Shown here: piece after piece, positions 47,913 through 57,785 of the stretch | Numbering within the stretch: the stretch's first letter is position 1 | Layout of the letters: every line of letters starts with the position of its first letter | Notes under the pieces: generated by a model | Told to the model about the DNA's origin: nothing | Database searches by the model: none | What the model saw: only the letters and a program-made list of their open reading frames with translations | Program-made: the position numbers and the translations under genes | IMG/VR virus record: IMGVR_UViG_3300017986_004441 | Location: 17,285 to 81,284 of that record | Strand: one strand, 5' to 3' | Source: a virus | Length of the DNA stretch: 64,000 nt

Positions 47913-50111
47913 TTAAATTAGACATGCGCCACCAGCACAACTAATTTCCTCTATTCCTACAGTATTGTCCTCTGTTTCCAGTAGTTGTGTATAATCAACC
48001 TTAGAAAAGCTATCATATAAATCTGTATAAATCTTCCAATTATATACATCTTTCATACAGTACGTTAATCTTTTAATATCGTCATCAAAATATTTTTTAG
48101 CAAATCTTTTCATCTTTATAGAAAAGAGTTTCTTATCGTCTCCGTCTGTATCCAGTTCTTGATTTAGCGTTATATAGTCACAAGCTGCCCATAAATTGTT
48201 GTCGAAAGCATTCAGTCCTAATTCTATTAAACCAGAACACCACAGCGAAGCGTCTCCATATTCTTTAGCTATTTCTCTGCTTGTATAGACTGTTGTGAAT
48301 GGAGCTTGTGGATAGTCTTTGTCTCCGCTTTGTGGAATAAGACTGATGCCTGCAAAATATTTACGATTTTGATAAATATATTTTGTTACATCTTCCCACT
48401 CTTCCGGCTGAACCGTAACTGTGTTGCTTACATTGTGACTAAGGAAGTCTTGAGTACAGAGCGACCTATTCTTGCCCGACTGCACCCAGTTACGTTGTGT
48501 ATCTTTTACTACCGTGAGCATTTCTACTGCTGGTAATTGATTTTTTAATTTAGAACCATCTGGTACTTCGATAGGGAATTTAATAACCTCATCCGTGTTA
48601 TTGGCTGACCACGATGATTTTTCACACGCTTGCGGATTGTAACTTTTGAAATATTGATAAGGTGGCTCTAAAATATTTGCTTGTACATGCCTTATATACC
48701 TTTTGGCGTGATGAGGATGAATGCCCGAACTTGTTCCAAGCATAGAGCTGCTTGTTCCTTCTGGTTTCAAACAGGTGACCCTGGCTGCTTGGTTGATATT
48801 TATTTTTTTAGACAATTCTTTATTGGTATCGACAGCAATTTTTGCTCCGGCCTTTAATACCTTTTCTGTCAGAACTAGATCATGTTTTTCCATAATGCCT
48901 GTTAGCGAAACACCCAACAATGCTTCTCTATCGAAGATAGCCTTGCTGACTTCGCCTAAGTAATCTAGATCAGTAAATCCTGCTTGTAGTGTTCCGATAA
49001 TAGCAGCGGCTTTGCATCTTTCATAGAAATCAGCCTCATCTGTTACAGATGAACAATTAATGGTGGAGAGATTACAACCCTGCCATCCTGACTTACCTGT
49101 TTTTTCATCAACAGGCCACATGCCCACTTCAACACACGGATTAAAGGTCATTTCTGTAGAATCGCTCCAGATAAATCCTGGCTCACCAAATTCTTTTACA
49201 GACTCCATTAGGTTTTTAAAATCTTCATAAGATGTATCATCTTTTAATAGTAGAGCAGAGTTATTGCTTCTGGCTCTTTGTGGATTCTCAATGTACCAAT
49301 TGCCGGTTTTAGCTTTTGCCATTTCTTCATCGTCAGCACTAAACAATGCTAATGACGCACTTCTACGCACCCCACCAGATAATACAGCATCGCTGCTGTG
49401 CATAATAATATCATAAGCGTCAATTGGTCTGAGCTTTTTTTGTCCATTCTCAATACACTTGTCTAAGAGTTCTCTAATTTTTTCTAAGCCATTTTGTAAT
49501 GGTTCAAAACCAGGCGCTTTGCCAACGCCAGAAGATAGCTGAGCACCTTTTTCACGAATATTACTGTAATCAAAAACTACATACTTATCTTTGTATTCTG
49601 AAAAACGTGATTCGCTAGGCTTATTGAAATAGGAGCTTAATAAAATGCCTAAAGCATCAGACCAGCCTTCAATACTATCTTCTATAACATATTTTACACC
49701 TTTGCGCTTGTCTTTTTTTTCTGATGAAAGATTGGGCAATTTGGCAACATGGTGTTTTTGTACACTAAAGCCAGTACCGCTACCACAAAGTAACAACCAA
49801 AAGCATTCTTGGAAGAATCTTAGGCGATCACAGTAGGAGCTGGTGCAGTTATAGATCTTCGCATGACGCTTTAGGATCGGTTCTCCGCCGAACTGAAGGG
49901 CTCTTTGGCTTCCCAATACCTTCTTTTTAAACATAAGGTCATATGCCCAATCAATGTCTTCTTTAATATTTCTATCAGCATACATAGTATGCATCATGCC
50001 TCTTACGCGATCCACAGCTTCTTTCCATGTTTCTCTACGATTTTCTTTCTCAATCCAACGGGCATATTTACTGACAAATGTATAATTCTGTAATTCATTT
50101 AACGCCGACAT
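47913..50111 (-). CDS. nrdJ: Class II (adenosylcobalamin-dependent, monomeric RTPR-type) ribonucleotide reductase
   Basis: 'YNC', 'GGVRRSA', 'SNNS', 'NPCVE', 'CNL', 'TCLKPEGT', 'HNVSNTV', 'YPQAP' and C-terminal 'CAGGAC'; AAGGAG SD. Confidence 0.9.
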   Translation of the reverse strand: MSALNELQNYTFVSKYARWIEKENRRETWKEAVDRVRGMMHTMYADRNIKEDIDWAYDLMFKKKVLGSQRALQFGGEPILKRHAKIYNCTSSYCDRLRFFQECFWLLLCGSGTGFSVQKHHVAKLPNLSSEKKDKRKGVKYVIEDSIEGWSDALGILLSSYFNKPSESRFSEYKDKYVVFDYSNIREKGAQLSSGVGKAPGFEPLQNGLEKIRELLDKCIENGQKKLRPIDAYDIIMHSSDAVLSGGVRRSASLALFSADDEEMAKAKTGNWYIENPQRARSNNSALLLKDDTSYEDFKNLMESVKEFGEPGFIWSDSTEMTFNPCVEVGMWPVDEKTGKSGWQGCNLSTINCSSVTDEADFYERCKAAAIIGTLQAGFTDLDYLGEVSKAIFDREALLGVSLTGIMEKHDLVLTEKVLKAGAKIAVDTNKELSKKININQAARVTCLKPEGTSSSMLGTSSGIHPHHAKRYIRHVQANILEPPYQYFKSYNPQACEKSSWSANNTDEVIKFPIEVPDGSKLKNQLPAVEMLTVVKDTQRNWVQSGKNRSLCTQDFLSHNVSNTVTVQPEEWEDVTKYIYQNRKYFAGISLIPQSGDKDYPQAPFTTVYTSREIAKEYGDASLWCSGLIELGLNAFDNNLWAACDYITLNQELDTDGDDKKLFSIKMKRFAKKYFDDDIKRLTYCMKDVYNWKIYTDLYDSFSKVDYTQLLETEDNTVGIEEISCAGGACLI

Positions 50112-50221
50112 ATTAGCTCCTTAGAAGATTATCTGAAATTTGGCCCGAAGTAAGATTGATTCTGTCATAGATATGATAAATCATTGGTTAGAGGAAAGCA
50201 AGGGCCATAATTAATATTGAT

Positions 50222-50239
50222 TGTACTACTAAATACACC
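50222..50239 (-). promoter_or_regulatory. GGTGTAT motif upstream of nrdJ, candidate phage promoter
   Basis: Minus strand GGTGTATTTAGTAGTA in the intergenic gap. Confidence 0.45.
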
Positions 50240-50271
50240 ATTGCCAATTATCTTAATTTTGTTTTTGTGTT

Positions 50272-50727
50272 TTATAAATTTTGAATCCAAGCAAGATTTG
50301 GTGTACATCGGATAATTTTAATCCCCGTTTGATTCACAAAAAGATCAAATCTTTCTTTCGCCTCTTGGTCGAATAGTTTTGTGCCATGGCCATTCGCCAT
50401 AACAACCTCTGTGATGCCTTCTTGCCACAGAGCCATGATACAATCATTACAAGACTGGCCGGTTATGTACGCTCTGCCCTCGTCTGGACGAATGACACAA
50501 TTAGACAAAGCATTTCTTTCTGCATGAATCATCCAATGATATTTTTCTGGACGATAAGTAGGCAGCATTGAATCATCCATACCTTTAGGAAAACCATTAT
50601 ATCCAACGCCTAATATCCGGTGCTGCTTGTCTGTGATTACGCATCCGTGCTGTGTGTGTATGTCGTGGCTTCGTTGTGAAACAACCCTAGCCAACCCTAA
50701 GAAATAATCTGTCCAGTCTGGTCTCAT
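50272..50727 (-). CDS. dCMP deaminase (ComEB-like)
   Basis: 'GYNGFP', 'HAERNAL', 'SCNDC'. Confidence 0.92.
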   Translation of the reverse strand: MRPDWTDYFLGLARVVSQRSHDIHTQHGCVITDKQHRILGVGYNGFPKGMDDSMLPTYRPEKYHWMIHAERNALSNCVIRPDEGRAYITGQSCNDCIMALWQEGITEVVMANGHGTKLFDQEAKERFDLFVNQTGIKIIRCTPNLAWIQNL

Positions 50728-50733
50728 AGATAT

Positions 50734-50762
50734 ATTTTATCGGATGCCGTTGTGTTTGTCAA
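50734..50762 (-). promoter_or_regulatory. sigma70 promoter, likely giving a leaderless dCMP deaminase mRNA
   Basis: TTGACA-17nt-TAAAAT followed by only 6 nt before the ATG. Confidence 0.7.
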
Positions 50763-50770
50763 TACATAAT

Positions 50771-51505
50771 CTAATTATATCTCTTAATCACCAGAGATCG
50801 ATATTTTCTGGGTGTGGGCTTTTCCATGCCAATGTTCTGTACAGGATATACATCGTAACTATTTGATATATACCAACCTATAGAATTAACCATTCTTTCA
50901 ATTGTAGAATAATCGATATTCCACCACACTCTCCTAAATTGATTTTTACTAGGATAAAATGTAGAGCCATTAAAGTGTCGGTCTACAAAAGGATTAATGA
51001 GAACAGCAAAACTTTTTACTTTGTATAAAATATTCATTAATACTAGCATAGGATCTCTGACATGAGATAACATTGTGCCAAAAATAGCGGCATCAAAATC
51101 TCCTAATTCTTCTGGTAAATCTTGATAGATATTAGCTCTATATTGTTTGCATTTTGAATTTATTTTTTCATGTATATAATCATAAGCATTATAATACATT
51201 TCATGAACTTCTGTGTGGACGGCCGGTTTATATCCTGGATATTTTAAAACATCCCAGTAAGATCCGTCTGGCATATCATAAGAAACAACATCGGCCCCTT
51301 GCTTTTCCATCGTGAAAGATAAGAACCCCGAACCTGCGCCAACATCTATAACTTTTTGATTCATATAATTCATATTCCCTAAATACTGATTTATACATTT
51401 TGTAAGATCCCAATCTCCCTGAATTATCTCTCCGTCGGGTAGTGGAATAGAATGATAAAATTTACAGTTTTCTAACTTTAGTCCTTTTTTTGGTAATATA
51501 AACAT
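50771..51505 (-). CDS. Class I SAM-dependent methyltransferase
   Basis: 'KVIDVGAGSGFLSF', 'FDAAIF...LSHVRDP'. Confidence 0.88.
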   Translation of the reverse strand: MFILPKKGLKLENCKFYHSIPLPDGEIIQGDWDLTKCINQYLGNMNYMNQKVIDVGAGSGFLSFTMEKQGADVVSYDMPDGSYWDVLKYPGYKPAVHTEVHEMYYNAYDYIHEKINSKCKQYRANIYQDLPEELGDFDAAIFGTMLSHVRDPMLVLMNILYKVKSFAVLINPFVDRHFNGSTFYPSKNQFRRVWWNIDYSTIERMVNSIGWYISNSYDVYPVQNIGMEKPTPRKYRSLVIKRYN

Positions 51506-51538
51506 ATTTATTCTTATGCTCCATCTCTTTATGTATAT

Positions 51539-52186
51539 TTAGTACTGATAATTAAAATGTTCTATAGTGTCTCTTTCTTTTTCTGCTACCAAATCTATTA
51601 GCTCTTGATCATAAATATCAGAACAAGAAATTTGTGTTATGCTTTTATTGCCGTGTGATAATTTTATTGCGTCCAAGCCTATAGTCCCACAAAGATAATC
51701 AAATTCTTTTTGTAAATTTTCAAATCTGGCAATATGCGACACCATTATCTTTTGATTTTCGTTTAAAAAATACTGTGATTGTGCTGAATTATTCTTAATG
51801 ATTTGTCTAATAATCTGTTGCTCATTATTGTTGCTAAACAAATTAACACAATCTTTTCCCTGTTTTATTTTGGGGTCTTTCCATTTTTTAAAATCTGTTG
51901 TTCGTAAATATTCTTCTGCTTTTTCTTTGTAGTATTTAAAGAAGCTCAAATATCTTTCCCAAGGATTTCTCACAACACAAAATGAAAAATAATCACTAAA
52001 ACTAAATTTAATTTTTTCTAGTCCCCGCTCACAGTCTAGAGCAGTGCCGTGTTGATAAAAAAACTTATCTTCTGGTTGTCCAACTATGTCCAATATATCA
52101 AGAGGAGACAATGTTTCTCTTAATGACCTAGTTCCTGTTTTTGGTATGTCTATAGTTATGAATTTTTTTTTATGAGATATAAGCAT
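51539..52186 (-). CDS. Sulfotransferase family 2 protein
   Basis: 5'-PSB 'FITIDIPKTGTRS', 3'-PB 'VVRNPWERYLS', and 'RFENL'. Confidence 0.85.
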   Translation of the reverse strand: MLISHKKKFITIDIPKTGTRSLRETLSPLDILDIVGQPEDKFFYQHGTALDCERGLEKIKFSFSDYFSFCVVRNPWERYLSFFKYYKEKAEEYLRTTDFKKWKDPKIKQGKDCVNLFSNNNEQQIIRQIIKNNSAQSQYFLNENQKIMVSHIARFENLQKEFDYLCGTIGLDAIKLSHGNKSITQISCSDIYDQELIDLVAEKERDTIEHFNYQY

Positions 52187-52189
52187 ATT

Positions 52190-53020
52190 TTAATTTTTTT
52201 GTGAAAAATAGTTATATAGAGCCATGTCGTATTTACACTGTGACAATAAATAGCTCATATCGTCTGGTGTGATATGTTCCTTTATAGATTTAGTATTTTT
52301 ATTCATGGCTTTTTCTATAGGATATTTATCATAAAAAGGTGCATTTAAAGGTCTGTATTTTATACCATACTTCCAAATATCTAACTCAAATTGTTCTATA
52401 TTTTCTAATATGCCTACAATATGAAAATCTTTAAGTGTATTTATGGCCTGTTGTAGATCTTTCTCTGTTGGGTCTGTGCTAATGTCTCTCTGATTTATAT
52501 GATCGATAACCCAATTTTTTTCAAGGTCTTTACTATGAATATACTCATGAAATGTATTCTGTGAGATTGTTTGATGGTTTTTTTCCCACTCTCCAAATTC
52601 AGTATTATAGTAAAAAATTGATTGAAGTCTAGTTATAGGGTTTCTCAGTAGTGTTATATATATAGGATCGAAATTATATTTTGTAGTGATTTTATCTATA
52701 AGTTTTTGAGTGTCTTTAAATCTACTAACAGAGACAATGGATATTGAATAAAGCTGAAAAACATTCGAATCGCAACAATTTTTAAAGATTTCATAGTCTA
52801 TTGTTTGTTCGTGGTATTTAGACGTGTCGTGTTTTAGCGTATAAAAATTAGCAACAAAAAAATGATTGCAACCAACGTTTATTTTAGTAGAACATAAATC
52901 GTAAATCTGCCGATTGGGATTATTACGATCCATCGCATACAACATAGCATGATCTCGAAAAAAAGTACCACCACTTTTTGGTATGTGATAAAAAATATAA
53001 AGATTATTATTTTGGCTCAT
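52190..53020 (-). CDS. Sulfotransferase family protein
   Basis: 'FYHIPKSGGT', 'LLRNPITRLQS', 'VGILE', 'DMALY'. Confidence 0.85.
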   Translation of the reverse strand: MSQNNNLYIFYHIPKSGGTFFRDHAMLYAMDRNNPNRQIYDLCSTKINVGCNHFFVANFYTLKHDTSKYHEQTIDYEIFKNCCDSNVFQLYSISIVSVSRFKDTQKLIDKITTKYNFDPIYITLLRNPITRLQSIFYYNTEFGEWEKNHQTISQNTFHEYIHSKDLEKNWVIDHINQRDISTDPTEKDLQQAINTLKDFHIVGILENIEQFELDIWKYGIKYRPLNAPFYDKYPIEKAMNKNTKSIKEHITPDDMSYLLSQCKYDMALYNYFSQKN

Positions 53021-54773
53021 TTATTTTTATTTTTTTATGGATAATTGCAGGTTGGTATCTTTTGATTATTTCTGATACAGGAAAATCTATATCCTGTGGT
53101 ATATTGTTGCAATAATTGCATATTAAATTGTTCTTTAGAATATTCTTTTTAATGAATTTTAATATTTCTCTATTAGATAGATTGTAGTCATAGTTGTTTT
53201 CTAGTACATAATAAATAGTATAATCATACGGCATATTTTGTGAAATGCGTCGAACATACAGGGGCACAGAATCTAAGCAGAAGTCCATGTATTGGTTAAG
53301 AATCTGGTTGCCTGTTGAGTATAGACATATGCCACCGTTGATATGCTGATTATTAATATCGTAATATTTCATGTAGCAGTGGCCGTCGTATTGTGAGCCA
53401 GATATCATAAAGGGTCCCGACGTTAGACAATAGTTGTAAATTTTATCTAGCCAATTATCTAATAATATGCAATCACACTCTAAAAATAGTGATGTGTTAA
53501 AATTTTCTAAATGTCTTTGTCTAAAAATACTAAAGAAGGAATATAATGGACCAGATTGTTTGCCATAAGTAAAATCTAGTGTCTCATCTTCACTATTGTA
53601 ATGGTTATATTCTTCGGGAATATTTAAATAAATAATATCTACATCTCTAAAGGTCTTTTTTAAATAAGACAAGTCTATATTGTCATTTTCATTATTATTT
53701 CTGATAATTCTAAAACTTAATTTTTTAGCAATTTTTTTATTGGCTCTTGTCATAGACTTACGCAGATTTTCTATAAACGTGTCATACTGACCATCTTTAT
53801 CCTCATTAGATGTTATTAAGAGAGTTAGGCATTCTAATTTGTTTTGGTATGCTTTGAGATCGTCTTGTGTAAAATACTGAGAAATATTTCCTATAACTTC
53901 CGTTCTTTTTTCTGTATTGAGATCATAATATTTTCTAGTCTTATTTTTTCTATAATCAATATGTATAGCATTGATATCCGGGTATAGATTTTTAAAATAG
54001 ATCTTTTGTTGATTAAGATAATTAGAGAACAGCCGGTCACAGTTGCCTTTGCCTAAATCAAAATCGAAACATTCTTTTATAGAATCAGGAGATATTAAAA
54101 GAGTGTCGTAAAAAATCCAAGCATCATGTGAATATAGCGGGTTGCTAGGGCATGATTCATCCCCATAATAATCAGAACTTTCTACTATTTCTCCTTTTTC
54201 TGACAGATCTTTTCTGGTTATTGCATAAAAATTATATGGAGAAAATTTTTGTTTTTTAATATATTGGATTGTTTTATCAAAATAAATATCCGAATTCGCT
54301 AATACTTTTATATGATTAGTAAAATTATTTTGACTGTACAATATCCAATCACTATATGATAATCTTTTTCCAATAGGCGATGACGATATTTTGGTTTTTT
54401 TTGTAATATCTGGTATCTGTTTAATAGAATCTTTTTCATAAAAAATATGAATATTGTCGATATATTGATTTTTAAGATTATTTAGTAGGCACTTTTTTCT
54501 ATGCCGCTCTGTATCTGCATCATGATACCATTGTGAAAATAAACAAATTTTTGTATCGGGCGATAGATGATAGGAATTTTCAGTAGTGTAGACTTCGCCA
54601 ATAGACTGTGCTGTTGATTTATATCTTCTTTGCTCGTCGCGGCCAAATAAAATATAGTGGGTTATCGCACCCTTTTCAGTGTTTACTCCTGCTAATCCAA
54701 GATCGGGATGATTATCTAGATAGAATTTCCAGTCAAAATCTTTTGGTAATTCTGGATTTTGCAAATTAACCAT
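53007..54773 (-). CDS. Two-domain GT-A-like glycosyltransferase with N-terminal 'FDW..Y..HPDL..HY..G' module
   Basis: 'FDWKFYLDNHPDL...HYILFGRDEQR'; 'LANSDIYFD', 'SHDAWIF', 'GNCD'; second domain 'FLECDC', 'HINGG'. Confidence 0.65.
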   Translation of the reverse strand: MVNLQNPELPKDFDWKFYLDNHPDLGLAGVNTEKGAITHYILFGRDEQRRYKSTAQSIGEVYTTENSYHLSPDTKICLFSQWYHDADTERHRKKCLLNNLKNQYIDNIHIFYEKDSIKQIPDITKKTKISSSPIGKRLSYSDWILYSQNNFTNHIKVLANSDIYFDKTIQYIKKQKFSPYNFYAITRKDLSEKGEIVESSDYYGDESCPSNPLYSHDAWIFYDTLLISPDSIKECFDFDLGKGNCDRLFSNYLNQQKIYFKNLYPDINAIHIDYRKNKTRKYYDLNTEKRTEVIGNISQYFTQDDLKAYQNKLECLTLLITSNEDKDGQYDTFIENLRKSMTRANKKIAKKLSFRIIRNNNENDNIDLSYLKKTFRDVDIIYLNIPEEYNHYNSEDETLDFTYGKQSGPLYSFFSIFRQRHLENFNTSLFLECDCILLDNWLDKIYNYCLTSGPFMISGSQYDGHCYMKYYDINNQHINGGICLYSTGNQILNQYMDFCLDSVPLYVRRISQNMPYDYTIYYVLENNYDYNLSNREILKFIKKNILKNNLICNYCNNIPQDIDFPVSEIIKRYQPAIIHKKIKINEPK

Positions 54774-55415
54774 TTATAGCTCTTTATAATATTCGCCTAT
54801 AACAAATTTTGTATTTGTGGTCATAGAGTTTAATTTATTCGCTTTTTCATAATCTGATCTGGTGATAATTCTAAAGTCCAAACTCACCCTAGTGTTACCT
54901 GTCATATTGGGAAGATTTCCATGCAAGCACTTATTTCCATTAAAACTAAAAATTTCGCCAGGAGATAAGCATATCTGTTTGAAGTCCTTTTTGTTAGGTT
55001 CGCTTTCTGTTATGACAGTATTACTCTCAAACATTGGACTAATGGCTATGATATAGTTAATTTCTCCTTCTGGATGATTAAATTCACTATCTGTATGCCA
55101 TGCGGCAACCGCTAAATTATCTGGTAAATGTACTCTGAAAGTGGGCCATTTTTGGTATATTATTTCTTCGTGATATTGTGTAGATATTTCATTGCTGATT
55201 AATGATTCATACGCATCAATAAACTCATTCCAGCCAGATCTCATCTTGTCATAAAACATTTTGTGGAATATGGTAGCTGAATCAGCTCCAACTTCATCGA
55301 AATATTTATATCTTTCGTTAGTGGATTGATGCAGGCTAGACAAGTCGTCAACATCAAATAAAGATTGGATTAAAGAAATAAATGGGTATTTAGATATATC
55401 ATATTTTAAAATCAT
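54774..55415 (-). CDS. StrG-like 2OG-Fe(II)/cupin oxygenase
   Basis: 'YQKWPTFRVHLP', HxD 'WHTD', 'LHGN', 'TRVSLDFR'. Confidence 0.75.
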   Translation of the reverse strand: MILKYDISKYPFISLIQSLFDVDDLSSLHQSTNERYKYFDEVGADSATIFHKMFYDKMRSGWNEFIDAYESLISNEISTQYHEEIIYQKWPTFRVHLPDNLAVAAWHTDSEFNHPEGEINYIIAISPMFESNTVITESEPNKKDFKQICLSPGEIFSFNGNKCLHGNLPNMTGNTRVSLDFRIITRSDYEKANKLNSMTTNTKFVIGEYYKEL

Positions 55416-55424
55416 TGTTGTTCC

Positions 55425-55913
55425 TTATCTACATATATTTTTATCTTTATTAGAAATAATATCTACTGTGGCTGGCCAATTGATATCGTAATTTTTATAG
55501 CAGAATGTCTCGTCCAGACTAGGGTTATATTCTTGGTTTTGTTGATATATTAAAATACTATCTTCTAGAGCCAAGAAAGCATGTCCGCAAAATGGTGGTA
55601 TATATAAACTATTAAGTACATATTCACTTAAACATATACCAAAATATTGATTGTATGTTTTGCTGTGGGGCCTTAGATCAATACATACATCATAAACTGT
55701 TCCTTTGACGCAAGTTACATATTTAGCATAAGGTGTTCTGTGAACACCTCTTAATGTTCCTTTTTTTGAAAAACTATAGTTTGATTGTTCTGGATTAAAT
55801 AATGGCTCTACAGATGAAACTTTAAATATCTCGGAAAACCTACCTCTGTGATCTTCAAAGATTTTAGGTTGTGTCCAAAAGCAGTTTTCTATATGAGTTT
55901 CGTGTTTAATCAT
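55425..55913 (-). CDS. rmlC: dTDP-4-dehydrorhamnose 3,5-epimerase
   Basis: 'FEDHRGRFSE', 'SKKGTLRGVH', 'DVCIDLRP', 'LYIPPFCGHAF'. Confidence 0.9.
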   Translation of the reverse strand: MIKHETHIENCFWTQPKIFEDHRGRFSEIFKVSSVEPLFNPEQSNYSFSKKGTLRGVHRTPYAKYVTCVKGTVYDVCIDLRPHSKTYNQYFGICLSEYVLNSLYIPPFCGHAFLALEDSILIYQQNQEYNPSLDETFCYKNYDINWPATVDIISNKDKNICR

Positions 55914-56889
55914 TTAACATCCAGTGTATAGTTTTTTGTAAAGACTCATCAAAACTTATGGGTTGCTGCCAGCCCATATTCCTTAATTTACTACCATCTA
56001 AACTGTATCTTCTATCATGTCCTGGTCTGCTTTTTTCTAAATCGACATATTTTAGTCTTGGTTCTTTATTCATTAATTGACCAAGTCTTTTTACCATATC
56101 ATCATTGTATAGTTCTACATCTCCTACGACATTATAGTGTTCTCCAGCTTTGCCGTGATTCAATAAGAATAATGTTGCATTGGCTGCATTTCTTGCATGT
56201 AGCCAATGTCTTTGTCCCACATATTCTACATTCCCTTGAGAGTCTAATTTGGCATGTATTTTAACGGGCTGGTTTTTGTTGATAAGATCTATAGCCAGAG
56301 CAACAAATTTTTCTTTATGTTGTCTTTCTCCAAATAGATTCATGGTATATGTATGAATAATGGGTAATTTATAGGTGTTATGATAGGATATTCCTAATGC
56401 CCCCTGACCAGCTTTACTGGCACTGTAGGGATTGCTGGGACGCCATCTGTCGTCTTCTTTAAAATCATAACCCTCTGGGGCTGGTCCAAAAACTTCGTCC
56501 GTTAAATAATTAATAAACAATGCTTTGGGAGAATATTGCCTATACCACTCTAAAAGATTGAGAGTGCCGACTACATTATCTTCCACGAATTGCCTGGGAT
56601 GAATTATGCTTCTAGTCACATGGCTGTTGGCGGCTATATGCGCCACATAATCCACTTCTCCGATTGCTTCTATGGTGTGCGGAGGCAATTCAAATTTCAA
56701 ATCGTGATAAATTATTTTGATTCTGTCAGCATGCTGTTTAACATGCAGGCTATTCACGATTCTTTCCATGTCTCCAACATATGTAAGCCTGCATAAAGCC
56801 ACTATCTCCCAATCTGTATTAAGCAATACTTCTTCTACAAAATGCGAACCTAGAAATCCTGCCGCACCGGTTATTAATATTTTCCTCAT
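55906..56889 (-). CDS. rmlB: dTDP-glucose 4,6-dehydratase
   Basis: 'ITGAAGFLGS', 'AANSHV', 'TDEVFG', 'PSNPYSASK', 'RPGHDRRY'. Confidence 0.9.
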   Translation of the reverse strand: MRKILITGAAGFLGSHFVEEVLLNTDWEIVALCRLTYVGDMERIVNSLHVKQHADRIKIIYHDLKFELPPHTIEAIGEVDYVAHIAANSHVTRSIIHPRQFVEDNVVGTLNLLEWYRQYSPKALFINYLTDEVFGPAPEGYDFKEDDRWRPSNPYSASKAGQGALGISYHNTYKLPIIHTYTMNLFGERQHKEKFVALAIDLINKNQPVKIHAKLDSQGNVEYVGQRHWLHARNAANATLFLLNHGKAGEHYNVVGDVELYNDDMVKRLGQLMNKEPRLKYVDLEKSRPGHDRRYSLDGSKLRNMGWQQPISFDESLQKTIHWMLND

Positions 56890-56912
56890 TTGTATCCTAT
56901 TAAATATAGTAT

Positions 56913-57170
56913 TTATTCGTGCTTATCCATCTCCGTTGATAATACTATATTAGCTTCTTGGTCTCGTATGTCTACTTTAGATATTTTATTAGATGTTTCA
57001 TATACCGTATTGGTAATTTCTCTCGGAGAAACCAAATCATCTAGTGCAGAAATGCTGTTGGATATGGTTGGTATATTAATATCTGATATATTTGTTGTAT
57101 CTAGTACATATACATCAACAAAATATGAATTTTTTTCCATAGATAATATTTGACTGTAGCTATGACTCAT
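56913..57170 (-). CDS. Hypothetical protein
   Basis: 85 aa; ATGA overlap with the upstream gene. Confidence 0.5.
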   Translation of the reverse strand: MSHSYSQILSMEKNSYFVDVYVLDTTNISDINIPTISNSISALDDLVSPREITNTVYETSNKISKVDIRDQEANIVLSTEMDKHE

Positions 57171-57415
57171 GATTTTACCACCTTATTATATAATACTAAT
57201 GCCAGAACCGCTCCAGCAATTCCCATGAATAGTCCAGCGGGCTCAATCGATTGGTTCATGCCTAGAAGATAATGCGTTGCACCACCAAAATAGGAACCCG
57301 TGATGCCTAATGCTATTGTTTTAAAAAATCCAAAATTTTCTTCTCCAGGCACTAAGCTTTTGGCTATTGCCCCAACGAAAATGCCATATACACACCATAC
57401 TAATAAGCTAAACAT
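57167..57415 (-). CDS. GlsB/YeaQ/YmgE (transglycosylase-associated) membrane protein
   Basis: Three TM helices; 'GIFVGAIAKSLVPG', 'LGITGSYFGG', 'GAVLAL'. Confidence 0.85.
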   Translation of the reverse strand: MFSLLVWCVYGIFVGAIAKSLVPGEENFGFFKTIALGITGSYFGGATHYLLGMNQSIEPAGLFMGIAGAVLALVLYNKVVKS

Positions 57416-57785
57416 TGTTTGAAGCCTCCACGAGTTTAATTAATTTTTCCTCCGTGAGATTTTCACCAGTGTCCATAATAGCGTCCAGAATAATTTTACC
57501 ATACTGTTTATATTTTTCTATGCCAATCTGTTGTCTTATTGATTTTCTGATTCTCATCTTAGTAAACCAGCCTTTCCGTGTGCATAGCTCTTTTATTTGA
57601 TTTGCCGTATATTTATCTGTAGACTTATTATCATTATTACATTCTTGCACCACACGAATTAGATTAAGTACTATTCCTACTATCATAATAGTCAAAATAA
57701 TACTTCCAAAATTTTCATTTTCAGTATTGTTGGCAGCTTTATCAGATATGTGCTGGGCCACTTCTTCTAGTGTTGAATTATTCAT
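57408..57785 (-). CDS. Single-TM hypothetical protein
   Basis: 'FGSIILTIMIVGIVLNLI' followed by a basic helix. Confidence 0.6.
   Translation of the reverse strand: MNNSTLEEVAQHISDKAANNTENENFGSIILTIMIVGIVLNLIRVVQECNNDNKSTDKYTANQIKELCTRKGWFTKMRIRKSIRQQIGIEKYKQYGKIILDAIMDTGENLTEEKLIKLVEASNNV

Noticed and set aside
50112-50271. Cobalamin riboswitch or NrdR boxes upstream of nrdJ
   Set aside because: The region is AT-rich with no recognisable B12 box or NrdR palindrome by eye.
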